Source: Candidatus Krumholzibacteriia bacterium
GTDB taxonomy: Bacteria > Krumholzibacteriota > Krumholzibacteriia > JAJRXK01
NCBI GenBank assembly: GCA_041484665.1
Contig: JBGPIA010000001.1
Span: 768,001-832,000 of the forward strand
DNA: 64,000 nt
Direction of reading: 5' to 3'
Part shown: piece by piece, positions 32,542-41,646 of the stretch
How positions within the stretch are numbered: position 1 is the stretch's first letter
How the letters are laid out: each line of letters starts with the position of its first letter
Program-made: the position numbers and the translations under genes
The notes under the pieces: generated by a model
Database searches by the model: none
The model's input: the letters and a program-made list of their open reading frames with translations, nothing else
Told to the model about the DNA's origin: nothing

Positions 32542-32730
32542 GGCCCGCGCAGCAACCCGCCGCGGCGACCCCTACGTCCGAAAGCGGCGGCCGATCCGTT
32601 GAGTCCGGGAGCAGCGCTCCGAGCTGCCCATCCTGCCCGTCTCGGCGCGCACCGGCGAGGGGCTGGCGGCGTGGCGCGAATGGCTGCTGGCCCGTGGTGG
32701 ATGCGGCTGATCGTCGAGGAGGATGACGCG

Positions 32731-34071
32731 ATGGATGCCACTCATCTGCAACGCTTCCTGACCCGGCAGACGCTGGCTCTCAAGCGGTCGGAGATCCGCG
32801 AGCTGCTGAAGCTCATCGCGCGGCCCGAGGTGATCAGCCTGGCAGGCGGACTGCCCGCACCCGAGACGTTCCCAATCGACGATTTGGCGGAGCTGATCCC
32901 GCGCGTGCTGCGCGAGCACGGCGCGGCGGCGCTGCAGTATGGCCCCACGGAAGGGGATCTCGGGCTGCGCCAGGAGTTGATCAAGTTCATGGCGACCGAC
33001 GGCCAGAGCGGCCTCACCCCGGACCGCATCCTGATCACCAGCGCCAGCCAGCAGGCGCTGGACCTGTGCGCGCGGGCGTTCGTCGCCCCAGACGACGCCG
33101 TCGTGGTCGGGTTGCCCAGCTATCTCGGGGCGTTGGGTGCGTTCACCGCCGCGGGCGCGCGCCTGTGCGGCGTGCCGCTGGACCAGGACGGGATGCCGCC
33201 CGACCGGGTCGAGGAGCGCCTGGTCGAGCTGCGCAAGGGTGGCGTCCACCCCAAGCTCCTCTACCTGGTGCCCGACTTCCAGAACCCTTCGGGCGACACC
33301 CTGCCGCTGGAGCGTCGCCTGGATCTGCTGGCCATCGCGCGGGAGTTCGACCTGCTGGTGATCGAGGACAGTCCCTACCGGCAGCTGCGCTACGCGGGGG
33401 ACACGCCGCCCAGTCTGGCCAGCCTCGACCGCGACGAGCGCGTGATCTCCATGTTCACCTTCAGCAAGATCCTCACACCGGGGCTGCGCCTGGGCTGGAT
33501 GGTGGCCAGCGCAGCGGTCATCCACCAACTGGTGACCGTCAAGCAACCCATGGATCTGTGCACGAGTCCGTTCAATCAGTTCGTGGCCCGCGAGTTCCTC
33601 AAGACCGGCAAGCTGCCGGCGCTGCTCGAGCGCACGCGGGCGCTCTACGCCCGCAAGCGCCAGGTCTTCCTCGACGCGCTGGGCGAGTTCATCGATCCCG
33701 ACTGGGGCGTACGGTGGACGCGGCCCGCAGGCGGACTGTTCCTGTGGATGACGCTGCCGGCGTCCATCAGCGCCACGGATCTGCTCCATCGGGCGCTCCA
33801 GGAAAACGTTGCGTTCGTCGTGGGGACGGCCTTCCATTGCGACGGGAGCGGCCAGAACACCCTGCGGCTGAACTTCAGCTACCCCTCTCCAGAGCAACTG
33901 CGCGCCGCCGCCCAGCGACTGGCCCGGGCGATCGAGGTCTTGGTACGTGATGCCCGGTCGGCAGGGCAGCTGGAGCAGGACGTGCCTGCTGTGATCTCCG
34001 CCCTGGCCGAGGGGGAGCACGCCTTCGCGCATCTACCGTGGAATCTTGCGCTGAGCGAAGTCGTCGCGTAG
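32731..34071 (+). CDS. PLP-dependent aminotransferase (LysN/ARO8-like, class I)
   Basis: ISLAGGLP, LQYGPTEG, FQNPSG, IEDSPY, FSKILTPGLRLGW. Confidence 0.9.
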   Translation: MDATHLQRFLTRQTLALKRSEIRELLKLIARPEVISLAGGLPAPETFPIDDLAELIPRVLREHGAAALQYGPTEGDLGLRQELIKFMATDGQSGLTPDRILITSASQQALDLCARAFVAPDDAVVVGLPSYLGALGAFTAAGARLCGVPLDQDGMPPDRVEERLVELRKGGVHPKLLYLVPDFQNPSGDTLPLERRLDLLAIAREFDLLVIEDSPYRQLRYAGDTPPSLASLDRDERVISMFTFSKILTPGLRLGWMVASAAVIHQLVTVKQPMDLCTSPFNQFVAREFLKTGKLPALLERTRALYARKRQVFLDALGEFIDPDWGVRWTRPAGGLFLWMTLPASISATDLLHRALQENVAFVVGTAFHCDGSGQNTLRLNFSYPSPEQLRAAAQRLARAIEVLVRDARSAGQLEQDVPAVISALAEGEHAFAHLPWNLALSEVVA

Positions 34072-34087
34072 ACGGAAGGAGTGAGCC

Positions 34088-34747
34088 GTGAAATGTCCCG
34101 GATGCAGCCAAGAGGTGCGCGCACAGGCGCGCTTCTGCGAGATGTGCGGGGCGATCCTGCGCCGCGACGATCCCGCGTATCACCTGGCCTACGCCCTGCG
34201 CCTGGAGATGGAAGGCGAGCTGCAGGCGGCGGTGGGCGAGTACGAGTCGATGTTGCAGCGCGTGAAGGTGCCCGCCCAGGAGACCATGGTGCGCAAGCAC
34301 CTGGGCAACCTGCATTTCCGTCTCGGGCACCTGCGCCGCGCGCAGGAGCACCTGCGCCGCGCCCACGAGCTGGAGCGCGGCAACGACGCGATCCTCCACG
34401 ATCTGGGCGTGATCCGCTTCCACCTCGCCGACTTCGAGGGCGCGGTGACCGCCTTGCGCGGCGCGTTGCGCTACGATCCCGATCTGGTGCTGGCGTACTT
34501 CTGGCTGGGGTACACGCTTTATCACCAGGGTAAGCTGGAGGAGGCTGCCGGAGCCTTCCAGGACCTGCTGAGCCGCTATCCGAACTTCACCATCGCACGC
34601 TTCCAGCTGGGCGTGATCCGAGCGCGGCAGGGGCGCAAGGAGGAGTCGGAGAAGGAATTCCAGCAGGTGCTGTTGCAGAACCCGTCCGACGCGCCGGCGC
34701 GCTTCTACGTGGGTGCGGGCGAGCCGAGCGCGGGCGCGGCACGCTGA
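34088..34747 (+). CDS. Zinc-ribbon plus TPR protein
   Basis: CPGC...FCEMCG followed by TPR-like helices. Confidence 0.8.
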   Translation: MKCPGCSQEVRAQARFCEMCGAILRRDDPAYHLAYALRLEMEGELQAAVGEYESMLQRVKVPAQETMVRKHLGNLHFRLGHLRRAQEHLRRAHELERGNDAILHDLGVIRFHLADFEGAVTALRGALRYDPDLVLAYFWLGYTLYHQGKLEEAAGAFQDLLSRYPNFTIARFQLGVIRARQGRKEESEKEFQQVLLQNPSDAPARFYVGAGEPSAGAAR

Positions 34748-34830
34748 CGCAACACGCCGACGCGGCATGGGACCCAGGAACCGACCGGGAACGCGCGCCG
34801 CGCGCGCAGCCCTTGGGGGAGTCGACTACC

Positions 34831-37800
34831 ATGAGCAGACGCACGATCGTGTTGGACGGCAACGAGGCCGCCGCCACCATCGCCCACCTCACCAACGAGG
34901 TGGTCGCGATCTATCCGATCACGCCGGCCTCTCCCATGGGCGAGTACTCCGACGCCTGGTCGGCCGAGGGGCGCAAGAACCTCTGGGGCACCGTCCCCGA
35001 GGTGATCGAGATGCAGAGCGAGGCCGGCGCCGCCGGGGCCTGCCATGGCGCGTTGCAGGCCGGGGCGCTGACGACGACCTTCACGGCATCGCAAGGCCTG
35101 CTGCTGATGATCCCGAACATGTTCAAGATCGCCGGCGAGCTGACGCCCACCGTCTTCCACATCGCCGCACGCTCGGTGGCCACCCATGCGCTCTCGATCT
35201 TCGGCGATCACAGCGACGTGATGGCGACGCGTTCTTGCGGCTGGGCCATGCTGTGCGCGAGCAGCGTGCAGGAGTGCCAGGACATGGCGATGATCGCCCA
35301 GGCCGCCACGCTGCGTTCCCGCGTCCCGTTCCTGCACTTCTTCGACGGGTTCCGCACCAGCCACGAGGTCAACAAGATCGTCGAGCTCGATAAGGACGAC
35401 GTGCGCGCCCTGCTGGATGACCAGCTGATCGAGGCCCACCGCGCCCGCTCGCTCAATCCCGACCGCCCGGTGCTGCGGGGCTCTGCGCAGAATCCCGACG
35501 TGTTCTTCCAGGCGCGCGAGGCGTGCAACCCCTACTACCTGGCCGTCGCCGGCATCGTGCAGCAGGAGATGGACCGGTTCGCGCAGCGCACCGGCCGCGC
35601 CTACCGGCTGTTCGACTACGTGGGCGCGCCTGACGCGGAGCGCGTGCTCGTACAGATGGGCTCCGGCGTGGGCGCATCCGCAGAGGCGGTGGAGGCGCTG
35701 ACCGCGCGCGGCGAGAAGGTGGGGCTCTTGATCGTGCGCTTGTTCCGCCCCTTCGACGTACAGGCCCTGATCGGCGCGCTGCCGCGGACCGTCCAGGCCA
35801 TCGCCGTGCTCGACCGCACCAAGGAGCCGGGCGCCGTGGGCGAGCCCCTGTACCAGGACATCGTCACCGCGCTGGCCGAGGACTGGCCCGAGCTCGGCGG
35901 CGCCGCCCGCGGCAACGTCCGTGGCGCCGCCCGCGGCAACGTCCGCGGCGCCCTGCCGAGGGTGTTCGGCGGCCGCTACGGGCTGTCGAGCAAGGAGTTC
36001 ACGCCGGCCATGGCCAAGGCGGTGCTAGATGAGGCTGCCAAGGCGCAACCCAAGCGCCACTTCACCGTCGGCATCGTCGACGACGTCACTCACACGAGCC
36101 TTCCGTGGGACGACGGGTTCGACACGGAGCCCAAGGACGTCACGCGCGCGGTGTTCTACGGCCTGGGCAGCGACGGCACGGTCGGGGCCACCAAGAACTC
36201 GGTGAAGATCATCGGCGAGAACACCCCGCTGCACGCGCAGGGCTACTTCGTCTACGACTCCAAGAAGGCCGGCGCCGTCACGGTCTCGCACCTGCGCTTC
36301 GGGCCGCGGCCGATCCAGTCCAGCTACCTGATCCGGCAAGCGGACTTCGTCGCCTGCCACCAGTTCGAGTTCATGGGCAAGATGGACGTGCTCTCCATTG
36401 CGCGCCCCGGAGCGATCTTCCTGCTAAACAGCCCGTGGAGCCCCGGCGAGGTGTGGGACCAGCTGCCCGCCGAGGCGCAGGAGCAGATTCTGGCGCGCAA
36501 GCTCCGCTTCTACGTCGTGGACGCCCTGAAGGTCGCGCGCGAGGCCGGGTTGGGCGGCCGCATCAACACCGTGATGCAGGCCTGCTTCTTCGCCATCTCG
36601 GACGTGCTGCCCAAAGTGGACGCCATTGCCCACATCAAGGATTCCATTCGAGAGACCTACGGCAAGCGCGGCGAGACGGTCCTCAATCGCAACTTCGCGG
36701 CGGTGGACGCGTCGGTGGCAGCCATGCACGAGGTCGCGGTGCCTGGCCGGGCGACCTCGGCCCTGCGCCGCCGCCCGCCGGTGCCCGTCACCGCGCCCGA
36801 TTTCGTGCAGCGCGTCACCGCCATGATGGTCGAAGGCAAAGGGGACCTGCTGCCGGTGAGCGCGCTGCCCGTCGACGGCACCTTCCCCACCGGAACCACC
36901 CAGTGGGAGAAGCGCAGCATCGCCATCGAGATCCCCATCTGGGACGCCGACCTGTGCACCCAGTGCGCCCTCTGCGCGCTGGTGTGCCCGCACGCGGCGA
37001 TCCGGATGAGTGCCTTCCCCGCTGGCGCCGTCGCGGGCGCCCCCGCGAGCTTCACGACGCGGCCGTGGCGGGGCAAGGAGTTGCCGGGGCACCGGATGGC
37101 GATCCAGGTGGCCCCCGACGACTGCACCGGCTGCGGCGTGTGCGTGGACGTCTGTCCCGCACGCAGCAAGGAGGCCGTCAAGCACAAGGCCATCAACATG
37201 GAGCCCAAGCTCCCGCACCTCGACCGCGAGCGCGGCAACTTCGACTTCTTCCTGTCGCTGCCCGAACTGAAGGCCGATTGGGAGCTGTTCGACCCGATCA
37301 AGGGCTCGCAGCTGCACGAGCCGCTGTTCGAGTTCTCCGGCGCCTGCGCCGGCTGCGGCGAGACGCCGTATCTGAAGCTCCTGACCCAGCTGTTCGGCGA
37401 CCGGATGCTGGTGGCCAACGCCACGGGCTGCTCGTCCATCTACGGCGGGAATCTACCCACCACGCCGTGGTCGCAGTCGCGCGAGGGCACCGGTCCGGCC
37501 TGGGCGAACTCCCTGTTCGAGGACAACGCCGAGTTCGGGCTCGGGATGCGTCTGGCGCTGGACAAGCAGCAGGACCACGCGCGGCAGCTGATGGCCCAGA
37601 TCGCGCCACAGCTCAAGGCGCAGGGCGCCGACGTCCTCGCGCGGCAGATCCTCGAGTCTGCGCAGGAGTCCGACGCCGAGATCGGTCAGCAGCGCGAGCG
37701 CGTGCACGCGCTGAAGGCCGCGCTGGCCAAGCTCGGCACGCCCGCAGCACGGTGGCTGGCGGCGGTGGCCGACAGCCTGGTGACGCGCAGCGTGTGGATC

Positions 37801-38634
37801 GTCGGCGGCGACGGCTGGGCCTACGACATCGGCTATGGCGGCCTGGACCACGTGCTGGCGTCGGGGCGCAACGTCAACATCATCGTGCTGGACACCGAGG
37901 TCTACTCCAACACCGGCGGGCAGGCCTCCAAGGCAACGCCGCGCGGCGCGGTGGCCAAATTCGCCGCCGCGGGCAAGTCCATCGCCAAGAAAGACCTGGG
38001 GATGATCGCCATGGCCTACGGGAATGTCTACGTGGCGCAGGTTGCCCTGGGCGCCAACCCGGCCCAGACCGTGCGCGTGTTCCGCGAGGCCGAGTCGTGG
38101 CCGGGCCCGTCGTTGATCATCGCCTACAGCCATTGCATCGCCCACGGGATCGAGATGTCCACGGCCATGACCCACCAGAAGGAGGCCGTCAAGAGCGGCT
38201 ACCTCACCCTTTATCACTATGACCCGCGGCGCGGAATGGACGGAGAGAGCCACCCGCTCAAGCTGGACTCGCGCGAGCCGACCGTACCCTACGAGCAGTT
38301 CGCCATGAAGGAGGGCAGGTTCTCCATGCTGGTCCGGTCGGATCCGGACCGCGCGAAGCAGCTGATGCAGCTCGCCCAGCTGGAGATCCAGGAGCGCTGG
38401 CGTCTGTACGAGCAGATGGCCGGCGTGGAGCGCGCGCTGCCGCAGGCCGATCCAAGGCCCGGGGCGCCGCAGCCGGGAACCACGCCGCAGCCGGATGCGC
38501 CGCAGCAGGGCGGTGCGAAGGACGCGGGCGGCGTGAGCATGGGCGGGGCGGCGCCGGCCGGGGCGAAGGACGCGGCGACGCCGGGGAAGAACGCGTCGGA
38601 TCCCACTCCCCCCAAGCAGGAGGTGCGGTCGTGA
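34831..38634 (+). CDS. nifJ: Pyruvate:ferredoxin (flavodoxin) oxidoreductase, single-chain type
   Basis: YPITP, MQSEAGAAG, GRYGLSSKEF, two ferredoxin motifs, GACAGCGETPY, GDGWAYDIG. Confidence 0.97.
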   Translation: MSRRTIVLDGNEAAATIAHLTNEVVAIYPITPASPMGEYSDAWSAEGRKNLWGTVPEVIEMQSEAGAAGACHGALQAGALTTTFTASQGLLLMIPNMFKIAGELTPTVFHIAARSVATHALSIFGDHSDVMATRSCGWAMLCASSVQECQDMAMIAQAATLRSRVPFLHFFDGFRTSHEVNKIVELDKDDVRALLDDQLIEAHRARSLNPDRPVLRGSAQNPDVFFQAREACNPYYLAVAGIVQQEMDRFAQRTGRAYRLFDYVGAPDAERVLVQMGSGVGASAEAVEALTARGEKVGLLIVRLFRPFDVQALIGALPRTVQAIAVLDRTKEPGAVGEPLYQDIVTALAEDWPELGGAARGNVRGAARGNVRGALPRVFGGRYGLSSKEFTPAMAKAVLDEAAKAQPKRHFTVGIVDDVTHTSLPWDDGFDTEPKDVTRAVFYGLGSDGTVGATKNSVKIIGENTPLHAQGYFVYDSKKAGAVTVSHLRFGPRPIQSSYLIRQADFVACHQFEFMGKMDVLSIARPGAIFLLNSPWSPGEVWDQLPAEAQEQILARKLRFYVVDALKVAREAGLGGRINTVMQACFFAISDVLPKVDAIAHIKDSIRETYGKRGETVLNRNFAAVDASVAAMHEVAVPGRATSALRRRPPVPVTAPDFVQRVTAMMVEGKGDLLPVSALPVDGTFPTGTTQWEKRSIAIEIPIWDADLCTQCALCALVCPHAAIRMSAFPAGAVAGAPASFTTRPWRGKELPGHRMAIQVAPDDCTGCGVCVDVCPARSKEAVKHKAINMEPKLPHLDRERGNFDFFLSLPELKADWELFDPIKGSQLHEPLFEFSGACAGCGETPYLKLLTQLFGDRMLVANATGCSSIYGGNLPTTPWSQSREGTGPAWANSLFEDNAEFGLGMRLALDKQQDHARQLMAQIAPQLKAQGADVLARQILESAQESDAEIGQQRERVHALKAALAKLGTPAARWLAAVADSLVTRSVWIVGGDGWAYDIGYGGLDHVLASGRNVNIIVLDTEVYSNTGGQASKATPRGAVAKFAAAGKSIAKKDLGMIAMAYGNVYVAQVALGANPAQTVRVFREAESWPGPSLIIAYSHCIAHGIEMSTAMTHQKEAVKSGYLTLYHYDPRRGMDGESHPLKLDSREPTVPYEQFAMKEGRFSMLVRSDPDRAKQLMQLAQLEIQERWRLYEQMAGVERALPQADPRPGAPQPGTTPQPDAPQQGGAKDAGGVSMGGAAPAGAKDAATPGKNASDPTPPKQEVRS
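35899..35952 (+). repeat. In-frame 24-bp tandem duplication inside nifJ
   Basis: ggcgccgcccgcggcaacgtccg(t/c) twice plus 6 bp, encoding GAARGNVR-GAARGNVR-GA. Confidence 0.9.
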
Positions 38635-39638
38635 GCGTCGATCTGCGCACCAGCTACCTGGGTCTGTCCCTGAGGAATCCCATCTGCGCGGCCGCCTCCC
38701 CCGTAACTGGGACGCTGGACGGCCTGCGGCGTGTGGAGGACGCGGGCGCCGCCCTGGTGGTGCTTCCGTCGTTGTTCGAGGAGCAGATCGAGATCGAGGA
38801 GATGTCCACGCATCAGCTCCTGGAGTACGGCGCGGAGGTCTCTCCCGAGGCGTCGGGCTTCCTGCCCGAGTTGCGTTACTACCTCAATGGCCCCGACGCC
38901 TATCTCGATCTGATCCGACAGGCCAAGCGGTCGCTGGACATCCCTCTGATCCCCAGTCTCAACGGGTTTACCGCGGGCGGCTGGGCGCGCATCGCCAAGC
39001 AGTTCCAGGAGGCCGGAGCCGACGCGATCGAGCTCAACGTCTATTTCCTTGCGACCGATGTCGACCAGACCTCCGACGAGGTGGAGAAGCGCTATCTCGA
39101 CCTCGTGACCCTCGTCTCCGGGCTGGTCGACATCCCCGTGGCTGTGAAGGTCGGTCCCTACTTCAGCGCCATGGGCAACATGGCCAAGCGACTGGCGCGC
39201 TCGGGAGCGAAGGGGTTGGTACTGTTCAACCGCTTCCTGCAGCCCGACATCCTGTTGGATGAGCTGGAGGTCGCCCCACGGCTGGTGCTGTCCACACCCG
39301 ACGAGTTGCGGCTGGCCCTGCGCTGGATCGCCATTCTGCGCGGTCGCGTGAATGCCAGTCTGGCGGCCACGGGCGGCGCGCATTCCGCCGACGACGTCTT
39401 GAAGCTGCTGCTCGCCGGCGCCGACTGCGTGCAGGTCGCCTCCTGCCTGCTGCGCAACGGGCCCGAGCACGTCCGCACGCTGCTGCGCGGGATGGAGACC
39501 TGGATGATCGACCGGGAGTACGCGTCCGTCGAGCAGCTCAAGGGCAGCCTCAGCCAGCGAAATTGCCCCGACCCAGCGGCGTTCGAGCGCGCCAACTACA
39601 TGAAGACGCTCATGTCGTTCACGGGCGAGCTGGTCTAG
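38631..39638 (+). CDS. Dihydroorotate dehydrogenase-like flavoprotein coupled to nifJ
   Basis: YLGLSLRNP, PSLFEEQI, VLFNRF, FERANY; GTGA overlap with nifJ. Confidence 0.88.
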   Translation: MSVDLRTSYLGLSLRNPICAAASPVTGTLDGLRRVEDAGAALVVLPSLFEEQIEIEEMSTHQLLEYGAEVSPEASGFLPELRYYLNGPDAYLDLIRQAKRSLDIPLIPSLNGFTAGGWARIAKQFQEAGADAIELNVYFLATDVDQTSDEVEKRYLDLVTLVSGLVDIPVAVKVGPYFSAMGNMAKRLARSGAKGLVLFNRFLQPDILLDELEVAPRLVLSTPDELRLALRWIAILRGRVNASLAATGGAHSADDVLKLLLAGADCVQVASCLLRNGPEHVRTLLRGMETWMIDREYASVEQLKGSLSQRNCPDPAAFERANYMKTLMSFTGELV

Positions 39639-39720
39639 CAAGGCCTCTCGAGCGCGGCGCGCCGGGTGTCCGGCGCCAGCGAACGGGCCTTCGCGCGGCA
39701 GTCGTGCGTCAGGTCCCGCC

Positions 39721-41415
39721 TCAGGGCGCGGTGAGATCGGCGGTCGGCAGGAATCGCGGCGGCCGCCGCGGCTTCGCCTCTTGTTCGTACGCATAGGCGA
39801 GCTTGAGCAGTGTGCCCTCCGACCAAGCCGGGCCGATGAGCGTCATTCCGACGGGCAAGCCGAAGGAGTAGCCCACCGGCACAGTGATGCTCGGATAGCC
39901 GGAGACGGCAGCCGGCGTCGAGGACGCGCCCAGGAAGTGGTCGCCGTTCACGAGGTCGATGAGCCACGGCGGGCTGCCAGTGGGCGCGACCAGCGCGTCC
40001 AGCTTCTTCTCCCGGAACACGACATCGAGCCCCTCGTCGCGCGACAGTCGTTGGCAATGGGCCCGCGCCTCGACGTAGGCCGCCTCCGTCAGCGGGCCTT
40101 TCTCCTGCGCCTGCTGGAAGAGCTCCTGGCCGAAGTAGGGCAGCTCGCGATCGCGGTGCTGCTCGTTGAACGCGATGAGGTCCTCCAGGGTGCGGGCCGG
40201 CGCCTGCGGGCCCAGACCCACCAGGTAGGCGTTGAGGTCCGCTTTGAACTCGTAGAGCAGGACTGCGAGCTCGGCGTCGTCGTACTCACCGAGGTGGGGG
40301 ATCTCCGCCGGATCGATGATCTCCGCGCCCAGGCGCTTCAGCGTGTCGATCGCCTCCGCCACCAGCTTGTCCGCTTGCCGGCTGTAACCGAAGAGCTTGG
40401 CCCGGGCGACGCCGATGCGCGCGCCGCGCAGCCCGCCTCGATCGAGGAACGTGGTGTAGTCGCTCGCCGCCTTGCCGCTGCCAGCCGCCGTAGCCTCGTC
40501 GCGCGCGTCGGCGCCGGCGAGGACCCCCAGCAGCACGGCCGCGTCGGCCACGGTGCGCGCCATCGGGCCGGCGGTGTCCTGGCTGTGGGCAATGGGCACG
40601 ATGCCTGACCGGCTGACCAGCCCGAGGGTGGGCTTGAGGCCGACCAACGAGTTCGTACCGGACGGGCATACGATCGAGCCGTCCGTCTCGGTGCCCACTC
40701 CCACGGCGGCGAGGTTGGCCGCGATCGCGGCGCCGGTGCCGCTGCTGGAGCCGCACGGCGTGCGGTCGAGCGCGTACGGGTTGCAGCACTGGCCGCCGCG
40801 CCCGCTCCAGCCGCTGCTGGAGCGCGTCGACCGGAAATTGGCCCATTCGCTCAGGTTCGTCTTGCCGAGGATGACTGCGCCGGCTTGCTGCAGGCGCTCG
40901 ACGATGAAGGCGTTGCGCGGCGGCGTCGAGCCCAGCAGCGCCAGCGAGCCGGCGGTCGTCGCCATCCGGTCGGCAGTGGCCACGTTGTCCTTGATCAGCA
41001 CCGGGATCCCGTGCAGTGGGCCGCGCAGCCGCCCCGCCTTGCGCTCGGCGTCGAGCTGTGCGGCGATCGCGAGCGCGTCGGGGTTCGTCTCGAGCACGGA
41101 CCGAAGCGTCGGGCCGTGACGGTCGATCGCCTCGATGCGCGCCAGGTATGCCTGGCACAGCGCGCGCGAGCTGGTGCGGTTGGACTGCAGGGCAGCCTGC
41201 AGATCGGCGATCGTCGCCTCCTCGAACTCGAAGGCTGCGACGCGCGCCCCGGCGGACATGCCCGTCGTCTGGCGGCGCGGCTGCACGGCAGCCACGGCCT
41301 CGGCGCCGCCCAGCGCCGCCGCGAGCCCCCCCATCGCGCCGGCGTGCAGGAACGTGCGCCGGGTCAGCGTTCGCTCGGTGTGGGACCGTGCCCCGTTCGT
41401 CGGCTCGCGACGCAT
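39721..41415 (-). CDS. Tat-exported amidase-signature enzyme
   Basis: TRRTFL twin-arginine leader; GKTNLSEW; CGSSSG; GTETDGSI. Confidence 0.92.
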   Translation of the reverse strand: MRREPTNGARSHTERTLTRRTFLHAGAMGGLAAALGGAEAVAAVQPRRQTTGMSAGARVAAFEFEEATIADLQAALQSNRTSSRALCQAYLARIEAIDRHGPTLRSVLETNPDALAIAAQLDAERKAGRLRGPLHGIPVLIKDNVATADRMATTAGSLALLGSTPPRNAFIVERLQQAGAVILGKTNLSEWANFRSTRSSSGWSGRGGQCCNPYALDRTPCGSSSGTGAAIAANLAAVGVGTETDGSIVCPSGTNSLVGLKPTLGLVSRSGIVPIAHSQDTAGPMARTVADAAVLLGVLAGADARDEATAAGSGKAASDYTTFLDRGGLRGARIGVARAKLFGYSRQADKLVAEAIDTLKRLGAEIIDPAEIPHLGEYDDAELAVLLYEFKADLNAYLVGLGPQAPARTLEDLIAFNEQHRDRELPYFGQELFQQAQEKGPLTEAAYVEARAHCQRLSRDEGLDVVFREKKLDALVAPTGSPPWLIDLVNGDHFLGASSTPAAVSGYPSITVPVGYSFGLPVGMTLIGPAWSEGTLLKLAYAYEQEAKPRRPPRFLPTADLTAP

Positions 41416-41646
41416 GTGCGCTCCCCCCGTTGAGGCGTGGATGCTGGACCGTTCGTGGAGAGCGATGATGCAGCGGGGCCGCAACCGCTTCAAGCCGGAG
41501 CTTGAACCGGGCGGGCCTTGGCGGGCCGGGCGAGCCGTGGTGGGGCGGGCAGCTCGGGAAGGCCGGGCGCCTCGGGAGGACCGAGCGGGCCGTCGGACGG
41601 GTCGAGCGGATCGGGCGCCCGTGGCGTGCCAGCTGCCAGCGAGCGC

